Shown here in pieces: positions 57,551 to 64,000 of a stretch of 64,000 bases of DNA. The notes under the pieces were generated by a model. That model searched no databases, was not told the DNA's origin, and saw only the letters and a list, made by a program, of their open reading frames with translations. Numbering within the stretch: position 1 is the stretch's first letter; the number at the start of each line of letters is the position of its first letter. The DNA is from an uncultured Gammaproteobacteria bacterium (GTDB taxonomy: Bacteria > Patescibacteriota > Patescibacteriia > Patescibacteriales > UBA12465). The DNA lies in NCBI GenBank assembly GCA_964408775.1, contig CAYPAP010000002.1:129109-193108 (forward strand), given 5' to 3'. The position numbers and the translations under genes are program-made.

Positions 57551-57817
57551 ATGAATAAAGAAGTTGTTTTAAAAGGAATTCCTTTTAAAGGTCAATTCCC
57601 TCTCAGCTCTAATCTAAAAAGTGAACCCGGAGTTTACATTATAGCTGATCGTCGCAATAAAATTGCTGACATCGGGGAAACAGAAAATTTAAAAGAAAGA
57701 ATTTCGGCTCACAAAAAAAATAAAGGCTGGCATCTATGGTTCTGCAAAGAAGATAGTCCCCGAAACAGAGCTCGTATAAAGAAGTTTATTACCGAAAAAT
57801 ACCAATTAGCAGTGTAA
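57551..57817 (+). CDS. Small GIY-YIG-like domain protein (88 aa)
   Basis: PGVYIIADRRNKIADIGETENLKERISAH resembles the GIY...YIG...R...H pattern. Weak. Confidence 0.4.
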   Translation: MNKEVVLKGIPFKGQFPLSSNLKSEPGVYIIADRRNKIADIGETENLKERISAHKKNKGWHLWFCKEDSPRNRARIKKFITEKYQLAV

Positions 57818-57843
57818 AGAAAATTAATAATATTATGGACAAA

Positions 57844-57873
57844 AAAGAGCTTATTATGGGGAAGCTCTTTTTT
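57844..57873. terminator. Bidirectional terminator
   Basis: AAAGAGCTT attatgggg AAGCTCTTT followed by ttt. Confidence 0.75.
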
Positions 57874-57888
57874 GGTTTATTTAAGAAA

Positions 57889-58458
57889 TTAATTAATCTT
57901 TAGATTTAAATTTTTTAATTCTTTTCTGAATTTATAGTAATCTGGAATACTTTTTTCCAATAAATCCCAGAAACGACGAGAATGATTCATTTCTTGAAGA
58001 TGACAAATTTCGTGAGCAATAACATAATCAGCTAAATACTCGGGTAAAAACATTATTTTATAATTAAAATTTAGATTAGCCCTCCTAGAACAAGAGCCCC
58101 AGCAAGTTTTTTGATCTCTAATAGCAATTCTATTAAATTTAAATCCATAAAAATCACTAAAATACTCAGCTTTCTTCCTAATAAAAACTCTAGCCTCCTC
58201 TTTATGTTTCAAATAAAGCCTGCGCCTTTCAGCCGGAGATAAATATTTCTGATTCGAATTTATCTTCCCTATTTTATCTAGAATCCAAGAAGATTTTTTA
58301 ATAATAAACCTCTCGATAAACTTATCACTAACTCTTCGGGGTTTAGTAACAACAAAAGAGCCATCGGCATAAATACATAAACGCATATTTTTGGCTCGAT
58401 GGCTAGTTTTGAGTTGATAGGTTATATTACAATTATTTATCCTGATATTCTTTTCCAT
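57889..58458 (-). CDS. DUF45/YgjP-type (M48-like) zinc metallopeptidase
   Basis: HEICHLQEMNHSRRFW (HExxH plus NH..FW); about 190 aa. Confidence 0.75.
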   Translation of the reverse strand: MEKNIRINNCNITYQLKTSHRAKNMRLCIYADGSFVVTKPRRVSDKFIERFIIKKSSWILDKIGKINSNQKYLSPAERRRLYLKHKEEARVFIRKKAEYFSDFYGFKFNRIAIRDQKTCWGSCSRRANLNFNYKIMFLPEYLADYVIAHEICHLQEMNHSRRFWDLLEKSIPDYYKFRKELKNLNLKIN

Positions 58459-58480
58459 TGTTTACCTGGTTACTTATAAA

Positions 58481-58600
58481 TTAATTATCCCTTTTTTCAA
58501 ACTTCTCTGCCTTTTTTTCTTTCACTCTCTTAAAAATAAGATAAATAATAATTATAGCTAAAATTACTATAATCAAACTATTTAATATTATTATAAACAT
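58481..58600 (-). CDS. Possible 39-aa single-TM peptide (below the track cutoff)
   Basis: MFIIILNSLIIVILAIIIIYLIFKRVKEKKAEKFEKRDN*. No other support. Confidence 0.2.
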   Translation of the reverse strand: MFIIILNSLIIVILAIIIIYLIFKRVKEKKAEKFEKRDN

Positions 58601-58604
58601 AGGA

Positions 58605-58919
58605 TTACTTTAATTTAACAGCAGTGCCGTAAATTAGTATTTCTGAAGCCCCTTGAGTAATCATAGAGGTGTTCATTCGAACTCCTACTATTGCCTCAGC
58701 CCCTAATTTTTCGGCATCCTCCTTCATTCTTAAAATAGCCTCTTCTCGAGCCTCAGCCTGGAGCTTGGTATATTCTCTTATTTCTCCTCCGACTAAATTT
58801 TTTAATCCAGCAAAAATATCTCGCCCAATATTACGAGCCCGGACAGTTCCACCACGAGCCACACCTAATATTTCAGCAATCTCCTTACCAGGAATTTTCT
58901 CCGTTGTTGTGATAATCAT
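58605..58919 (-). CDS. ybjQ: YbjQ/UPF0145 family protein
   Basis: ITTTEKIPGKEI...GVARGGTVRARNIGRDIFAGLKNLVGGEIREYT...AREEA...GAEAIVGVR. Confidence 0.8.
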   Translation of the reverse strand: MIITTTEKIPGKEIAEILGVARGGTVRARNIGRDIFAGLKNLVGGEIREYTKLQAEAREEAILRMKEDAEKLGAEAIVGVRMNTSMITQGASEILIYGTAVKLK

Positions 58920-58959
58920 AATTTTAAAATTATTAATTTAAATTATTAAATTTAATATA

Positions 58960-58987
58960 ATTATACTAATAAATAAAAGAGTGTCAA
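58960..58987 (-). promoter_or_regulatory. Promoter of ybjQ
   Basis: Minus strand: TTGACA (58987-58982), 16 nt, TATAAT (58965-58960). Confidence 0.5.
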
Positions 58988-59151
58988 TCTCTAGACTGGA
59001 AAAAATCACAATGGGCTGTTTTTGGAACCTCGGCCTTGGCTTCGGTGCACAGCCCTGATTCTCCTTCGCCTACAAAACTAGTACAATTTTTACATTGCTG
59101 ATCCTCATTATGATAATCATAAACGAAATCAGCTTCTATTTCATGGGCCAT
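58984..59151 (-). CDS. Small four-Cys protein, HiPIP-like Cys spacing (55 aa), not in the ORF track
   Basis: Hand translation gives MAHEIEADFVYDYHNEDQQCKNCTSFVGEGESGLCTEAKAEVPKTAHCDFFQSRD*, with the pattern C-x-N-C-x-x-F...G-x-C...V-x4-H-C-x-F-F. Confidence 0.4.
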   Translation of the reverse strand: MAHEIEADFVYDYHNEDQQCKNCTSFVGEGESGLCTEAKAEVPKTAHCDFFQSRD

Positions 59152-59241
59152 ATTTTTTAAAAAATTACCGTTTCACATTAAAATTAAAGCGAGTGCTTTA
59201 CTTAAAGAAACTTTTAAATTAAACTTATAAATTAATAAAAA

Positions 59242-60303
59242 CTAATTTTTAACACAACGGACTGTGAAGCCATAGGCACGACCATTATTAAACATATCCG
59301 AGCCAGCACCACTAAAACTCAAGTAACGTGAGTTAGTTCCATTTATAGTGCTTGCCCAGTAACCACCGCCAGCACCAACACTAGCAATACTTCCGTCAAC
59401 ATATCCACGGTTTCCAGCTGCTGTTAGTTTTAAAGATGAGGTAAAGGCTCCAGCTGAGTCATTTGAACCCCAGCCCAGTCTCTCGGCAGTCCACTCTGTC
59501 TCGGTTGGAATTCTCCAACCATTTGGACAGGGGTTATTAGATCCGCTTACCTCTTGCCATAAATTAGTATTCTGCGGACTTCGCCAGTCATAAGGAGAGT
59601 TCGGAGCAAGAATAAAATTGCTATGTCCCGGAGTATCAGATGTCGCTAAAGTACCAGTTGTGCCCGAAGTTCTAATTTGATGACCATCATCAAGTCTTCC
59701 CCACTGAAAAAGGTCGCCATAAGCATTGGAGTCAGTAGATGATACGGCCACTTGTGTAGCTCCGAGATTGCGATCTAGCCAACAGGTGCTATTTTGTCCA
59801 ACCACAGTTCCGTAGGTCACAGAAGATCCGTTATATGTAAATGTCACATTATACTCGCCACATTGAGGAGGGGGTGGCGTAATTATTCCCTCTGGAGTAG
59901 CTCGTTTAGTTCCGGCTATCAATTCTCCAGCTTGACTACCTAAACAGAAGTCAATGGTGTAAGAAGATCCGAGGCTTTGTTGGACATAGGTATAAATGTT
60001 ACCTTCATCGGTACAATCGCCATCAGCTGGAGTGGGGGCAGTGGGGACTGTTGATATATAAACTGTGCTTCCCGTAGCGATAGAACTACTAATATCCACT
60101 GGATATTCCCCATTATCTCGATAATAAATCTCTAAAGCAAATTGGATTTGCTTAATATCAGCCACCCTCTTAGCATCACGGGCCGTTCTTCTGGCATTAC
60201 CTAAAGACAATAAAGCCAAAGAAAACAAAGTTCCGATTATCAATATAACGACCAATAATTCTATCATAGTAAAAGCATTGGCCTTCCTGCCTCTTTTTAA
60301 CAT
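59242..60303 (-). CDS. Type IV pilin-like protein with a C-terminal FISUMP (Fibrobacter succinogenes major paralogous) domain
   Basis: Prepilin signal KANA|FTMIELLVVILIIG (start moved to the ATG at 60303). C-terminal part: CWLDRNLGA...YGDLFQWGR...NPCPNGWRIPTETEW...GGGYWAST...GFTVRCV. Confidence 0.75.
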   Translation of the reverse strand: MLKRGRKANAFTMIELLVVILIIGTLFSLALLSLGNARRTARDAKRVADIKQIQFALEIYYRDNGEYPVDISSSIATGSTVYISTVPTAPTPADGDCTDEGNIYTYVQQSLGSSYTIDFCLGSQAGELIAGTKRATPEGIITPPPPQCGEYNVTFTYNGSSVTYGTVVGQNSTCWLDRNLGATQVAVSSTDSNAYGDLFQWGRLDDGHQIRTSGTTGTLATSDTPGHSNFILAPNSPYDWRSPQNTNLWQEVSGSNNPCPNGWRIPTETEWTAERLGWGSNDSAGAFTSSLKLTAAGNRGYVDGSIASVGAGGGYWASTINGTNSRYLSFSGAGSDMFNNGRAYGFTVRCVKN

Positions 60304-60347
60304 AGAATAAATATTAATATTAAAATATCGCAAAATATTTAAAAAAT

Positions 60348-61139
60348 TTAATTCTTTTTTCCTGCTTTAATAATAAGAGGAAATGATACTAAAAAGGCAG
60401 CCATACAAACAACAGCTGCTATCATAATATCAAGGTTTCTAATATTGTTCAGGTCTAGATTAGAGTTTTTAATAAAAATGCCTATATAAGCCCAAATAAA
60501 AACTAGGCCATAAAAAATACTTTTATCTTTAAACATTCTCCATAGTCCAATAATGGTTGCAATAATCAAGATGGCGATAGTCCAGAAAATATCACTCAAA
60601 CCAAAACCATTCCAAGCAATACTAACCAAAAAAACTGTTACATTAGCAATGACAGCGACTGTGATCCAGCCAAAATAAATAGTGAAAGGTATAAAAATAA
60701 AAGCTCTTTCCTGACGAGAGAGTTTTTCTTTTTTTATAGTATCAATTATTTTAATCAAAAAGACCAAAATAATAACTATCCATAATAAAGACAGGGCGAT
60801 AAAATCGTAATGCCAGGAGAATATCCAAAGGATATTAGCCAAGGAAGTAATAATAAAATAAAGACCCACCTTATTAATTAATTTATCTAAGTTCTTTTTT
60901 CCTTTTTTGTTAAAACAATTAAATTGATAAATAGTATAGATTCCTAAGAGTAAATAAATCAACCCCCAAATAGAAAAAGTAATTCCTGCTGGGGCAAATA
61001 AATTAGGATAGGAATCGGAAACCTGACCACTAGTTACTCCATTAATGGGCAAATAGTTAGCCATAAAATTAACAACGACCATGGCCAGATAGGCTACGGC
61101 CACAGAAACTTTAACGATCAAACCTTTAGCTTTATGCAT
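60348..61139 (-). CDS. Polytopic membrane protein (possibly TspO/MBR-related)
   Basis: About eight hydrophobic helices. NFMANYLPINGVTSGQVSDSYPNLFAPAGITFSIWGLIY resembles a family I recall as TspO-related. Unverified. Confidence 0.4.
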   Translation of the reverse strand: MHKAKGLIVKVSVAVAYLAMVVVNFMANYLPINGVTSGQVSDSYPNLFAPAGITFSIWGLIYLLLGIYTIYQFNCFNKKGKKNLDKLINKVGLYFIITSLANILWIFSWHYDFIALSLLWIVIILVFLIKIIDTIKKEKLSRQERAFIFIPFTIYFGWITVAVIANVTVFLVSIAWNGFGLSDIFWTIAILIIATIIGLWRMFKDKSIFYGLVFIWAYIGIFIKNSNLDLNNIRNLDIMIAAVVCMAAFLVSFPLIIKAGKKN

Positions 61140-61187
61140 AGTTTTAAATTAAATTATAATAAAAGTTATTTAGTTAAACTTAAAAAA

Positions 61188-62048
61188 TTAACGAGCAGCC
61201 CCCGAATAAGTAATGGCCTGCATAATATTCCAATCTTCAGTGGTAGATGGTAGGTGACCAAAAATATCTTTAAATATCTCTATACCTCGTCTCTCACTGT
61301 TTAGATTCCTATTTTCAGCTCTTTGCTTTAGTCCATAAGCCATAATTTTCACAGCTGAAATATCATGAGCATTATCTTCCCTAACCTCTCTTTTATAAAT
61401 CTTTTTAAAATTTTCTCTGGCCTCCTCCTCATTTCTTTCACTAACGCTTCCCGGCCAACGACCATTTGATATTTTAATAATATCAAAAAACTCTTCCTCG
61501 TTCTCTGGTAGCTTTCCAAAAGCTCTTTCGTAAGAATGCATAACAGCAGCTCGCTCTCCCTCTCCTAGTCTGCGAGTATTATCGTCCACTCCATAGGCCA
61601 CGAAAGCATTAATAGCTTCCCTGGCAGTCTCACTAACTTTTTTCATTTCATTAGATAGTAATCTTAGTTGATTTTGTTCTACATTTCTCTCCCTAGCATT
61701 ACTTCTAGATTCTTTGATATTAGACAGAACATCTTGAATATTATTTTTTACTAATAGCCCTGCATTTCTGTACATATTAGTCATGGCTTTCCCCTTTTCA
61801 CCTTCCTCGCATTTACCAATATATTTCACTTCTTTCTCGTTAGCCTCTTCTGCTAAACAACGATTAGAATAGGTTACCCCATCAACACCACAAACCGGGT
61901 CATATTCCAGGGTACAAAAAACTCCTTCATTTTCATTAACTGCGAGTAAAGGACTTTCATTTGTTTCAGCTTTAGAATTTTGGGCTATAAAACCAAAAAT
62001 AAGAATCACAGCAACAAGAGAAAATAAGATAAAAACATTTTTTTTCAT
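61188..62048 (-). CDS. Secreted protein with an N-terminal Kazal-type domain and a C-terminal repeat region
   Basis: Signal peptide MKKNVFILFSLVAVILIFGFIAQNSKA. Kazal signature CTLEYDPVCGVDGVTYSNRCLAEEANEKEVKYIGKCE. Confidence 0.65.
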   Translation of the reverse strand: MKKNVFILFSLVAVILIFGFIAQNSKAETNESPLLAVNENEGVFCTLEYDPVCGVDGVTYSNRCLAEEANEKEVKYIGKCEEGEKGKAMTNMYRNAGLLVKNNIQDVLSNIKESRSNARERNVEQNQLRLLSNEMKKVSETAREAINAFVAYGVDDNTRRLGEGERAAVMHSYERAFGKLPENEEEFFDIIKISNGRWPGSVSERNEEEARENFKKIYKREVREDNAHDISAVKIMAYGLKQRAENRNLNSERRGIEIFKDIFGHLPSTTEDWNIMQAITYSGAAR

Positions 62049-62183
62049 ACTTTTTAATATTAATCAAATTAAAATTTATTCAATAAAAATTGATTAATTT
62101 TTTTAATAATTTTTAAATATACTAAATTAAATTATATTCTGATTATATCATTTTAAATAAAAAATAACAATTTAAAATATTAA

Positions 62184-63179
62184 TTAGGGGGTATAACTTC
62201 TATTTATATCACCATAAACTGACGAATAAAAATTTTGAACAACATCGGATCCGACTGGTACTGTAATTTTCATACTAGAAATTCCCGGCTCACTTCCACC
62301 GCTAGCAAAAGGAATGGGAAAACTAGAATATATCGCAGAACGATATTCCTCTTTTGTAAAAACAAAATAAGCATCTGACCCTGCTGAGACAAAATAATCA
62401 AGAATTGAATAAGCATCTTCAGAGGTGATAATAGTGCTAACAGATGTTTCATAAACATCTCCGGCTAGTATTTGAAGACCGTAAAGATTGGAGTCTGGTA
62501 AACCATTGGAAAGCCAATAATTTAAGTTCGCGGCATCAGTTGAATTAATGCTTCCCGGGGTATGAGGTAATGAAAAATGAACATCATAGGTTCCGGGTGT
62601 TACTTCCGGAAAAATAAAATTAGAGTTACCCGAGCTAGATGTTGTAGCTGTATACTTGGTCTCCCCATTTTGTTTTAAATAAATAGTGACGTTAAACATT
62701 AGGGAGTTAGTAACATTGTGGTGTTTAACAAAACCAGAGACCATTTGAGGAGGAGGAATATAAAAAATTCCCTCTGGTGTAGCTTGATTGTTCCCTGCTA
62801 ATAAACTAGAAATAGGCCCTCCAGTACAAAAATCAATAGTATAAGAGGATCTGTCTAGCCCCTGGGGCGCATAGACATAATTATTTCCCTCATCGCTACA
62901 CTCTCCGTCAGGAGGAGCTGGAGGACTCGGATAAGTAGCCATGTAGACATTGGATCCATAAGAAATAGTGCTAGTCACCTCTTCTGGATACTGGCCAACA
63001 TCGTTATAATATAGCTCTAAAGCTGTCTGAATTTGCCGGACGTCAGCAACTCTTTTAGCATCTCGAGCATTTTTTCTAGCACTCTGCAAAGCCACCACGG
63101 CCAAAGTAGATAAAATACCAATTATTGCTATTACTACCAATAATTCTATCAGTGTAAAAGCAGATTTTTTAGATTTCAT
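62184..63179 (-). CDS. Type IV pilin-like protein with an Ig-like/dockerin-like C-terminal region
   Basis: KKSA|FTLIELLVVIAIIG. The first ~150 aa are paralogous to the 59242 gene. The C-terminal part has GSINSTDAANLNYWL and IITSEDAYSILDYFV, which look like paired EF-hand/dockerin-type helices. Confidence 0.7.
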   Translation of the reverse strand: MKSKKSAFTLIELLVVIAIIGILSTLAVVALQSARKNARDAKRVADVRQIQTALELYYNDVGQYPEEVTSTISYGSNVYMATYPSPPAPPDGECSDEGNNYVYAPQGLDRSSYTIDFCTGGPISSLLAGNNQATPEGIFYIPPPQMVSGFVKHHNVTNSLMFNVTIYLKQNGETKYTATTSSSGNSNFIFPEVTPGTYDVHFSLPHTPGSINSTDAANLNYWLSNGLPDSNLYGLQILAGDVYETSVSTIITSEDAYSILDYFVSAGSDAYFVFTKEEYRSAIYSSFPIPFASGGSEPGISSMKITVPVGSDVVQNFYSSVYGDINRSYTP

Positions 63180-63248
63180 AGTTTTTATATTTATTAATAT
63201 AACGTATATATATTATAGCAAAAAATAAAATGAAAACAAAGAAAAAAA

Positions 63249-63938
63249 TCACTCTAACCATTTCTCTGTGAGATAATCCTCCACCTCAGATCTTTCTTCA
63301 GAATTTAATTTTCTATCATAAAACAATACTTCACTTATTCTTCCTTTAAACCATCTATTATTTCCGTATTCACTAGCTCCAATATAATGAAAGTATTTAG
63401 ATGACTCACTGGTAGCCCCAACCTCAGCATAAAACATATGCCTATCAGTATTACTAGGGAAAGTAGCGCTTGGGTCTGCGCTACCATTAACATATATATT
63501 GTTACTATTATTAATCCAATCATTAAAATCTGTGCTTATTCTCCAGCTTCTAACTCCTGAAATTCTAATACTCCAGGGGTAACCATTCAATTTAGTTGTA
63601 ACCACACAAGAAAGACTTGGAGCATCGCTATCAACCTGAACAATAAAAAAAACAGACTTGGCATAAAGATTACTACCTAAATCAAAATAAGATCCATCAA
63701 CATTGCCATGAAATTTAACAGCTGGAGCCCCTTCATAATTTTCTTCATAGGTTGGTTTAAGGTTGTTATTGTACGAGCCCCCAATAGCATTAAAGCTATT
63801 TCCACTCAAATCTTCCCAGGTACTAACTTGTTCCCCATCACTTAAATTTTTTATTTTACTAGCATCTAGATGGAGTAACAGACCGTCGCTTACAGTTAGA
63901 TAATTACCTCCATTAAATATTCCAAAAGGTGTAGCCAT
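63249..63938 (-). CDS. LamG-like (concanavalin-type jelly-roll) domain protein
   Basis: DGLLLHLDASKIKNLSDGEQVSTWEDLSGNSFNA and C-terminal GRISEVLFYDRKLNSEERSEVEDYL. SD GGGGGAG lies 5 nt upstream of the ATG. Confidence 0.6.
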   Translation of the reverse strand: MATPFGIFNGGNYLTVSDGLLLHLDASKIKNLSDGEQVSTWEDLSGNSFNAIGGSYNNNLKPTYEENYEGAPAVKFHGNVDGSYFDLGSNLYAKSVFFIVQVDSDAPSLSCVVTTKLNGYPWSIRISGVRSWRISTDFNDWINNSNNIYVNGSADPSATFPSNTDRHMFYAEVGATSESSKYFHYIGASEYGNNRWFKGRISEVLFYDRKLNSEERSEVEDYLTEKWLE

Positions 63939-63940
63939 TT

Positions 63941-64000
63941 TTACTCCCCCTGATAATCCAGATAAACCGCTCCCCAGGCAAAATAATATTTCGTAAGAAC
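63941..64000 (-). CDS. 3' end of an upstream gene running off the window
   Basis: The minus-strand frame reads ...VLTKYYFAWGAVYLDYQGE* with TAA at 63943-63941. Only 19 codons are visible. Confidence 0.3.
   Translation of the reverse strand, partial: VLTKYYFAWGAVYLDYQGE

Noticed and set aside
3609-63523. The many 60-130-aa track ORFs that overlap longer genes, mostly antisense and a few in another frame of the same strand. These are 3609-3794, 5333-5515, 6925-7146, 11153-11353, 11821-12066, 12073-12315, 13500-13685, 19163-19384, 21274-21480, 23541-23750, 26202-26396, 27300-27515, 27579-27839, 28217-28459, 29000-29344, 29619-29918, 29952-30149, 31103-31405, 32449-32703, 32660-32875, 33227-33445, 37852-38232, 38616-38816, 39488-39727, 43852-44067, 44359-44541, 46280-46561, 47257-47463, 49049-49243, 49083-49346, 49348-49536, 50472-50810, 53410-53592, 53609-53800, 54079-54375, 54421-54663, 55601-55789, 58669-58941, 62270-62458 and 63335-63523
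   Set aside because: Each lies largely or wholly within a longer ORF that carries a recognisable conserved protein or a coherent membrane or secreted architecture. Their translations are low-complexity (S/L/I/F/K-rich) shadows.
1-64000. Alternative genetic code (UGA recoded as Gly or Trp, as in some candidate phyla)
   Set aside because: Conserved genes are full length under the standard code, and several clearly end at TGA (rnhB at 12512-12514, the lipoprotein at 18452-18454, the ATPase at 30418-30420).
1-64000. CRISPR arrays, tRNA, rRNA, tmRNA, RNase P or SRP RNA, transposases, phage genes
   Set aside because: By eye I found no regularly spaced direct repeats, no GTTCGAATC-type T-arm motif in intergenic DNA, and no conserved RNase P or SRP core motif. 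A covariance-model scan (tRNAscan-SE, Infernal) would be needed to be certain.

Overview
A gene-dense, low-GC window (about 25-30% G+C in hand-counted lines) from a bacterial chromosome. It reads cleanly in the standard code: TGA is used as a stop, for example at rnhB and the 17933 lipoprotein gene. All calls come from reading motifs in the translated ORFs and the raw DNA; no searches were run.

Gene content: housekeeping genes (alr, xerC/D-like, rnhB, gltX, pyrG, metG, rsmI, secE-nusG-rplK-rplA, rpmA, rplJ-rplL, rlmN, aspS, asnS, uppP, ctp protease, tsaC) are mixed with many envelope and surface genes. These include three GT4 glycosyltransferases, an O-antigen-ligase-like protein, a DUF4012-like protein, a Wzz-like protein, an FG-GAP protein, and type IV pilin-like proteins with exotic C-terminal domains.

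Likely source: the archaeal-type AspRS next to AsnRS, the fused and minimal genes, the pilin richness and the lack of biosynthetic or respiratory genes suggest a CPR/Patescibacteria-like organism. This is inference only.

Not found: I recognised no rRNA, tRNA, CRISPR array, transposase or phage structural gene.

Most noteworthy observations:
1. A locus of modular pilin-like genes (59242-64000) that share one pilin head and carry swapped cargo domains (FISUMP versus Ig/dockerin-like). It is flanked by Kazal-domain and LamG proteins.
2. A tightly coupled operon of a ferredoxin (missed by the ORF track), an acidic repeat protein, a membrane-anchored TraD/VirD4-like P-loop ATPase and uppP (29582-33735).
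3. Two single-gene GC-rich islands encoding exported proteins. One looks like an outer-membrane beta-barrel and is bordered by a nested palindrome.
4. A UvrD-family helicase with a DEDDh exonuclease inserted between helicase motifs IV and V.
5. A LexA-like divergent promoter region carrying four TTGNCAA elements.
6. An unknown gene inserted between rplK and rplA.

A very regular TTGACA-N17-TATAAT promoter, and hairpin-plus-T-run terminators, can be read directly at many gene boundaries.
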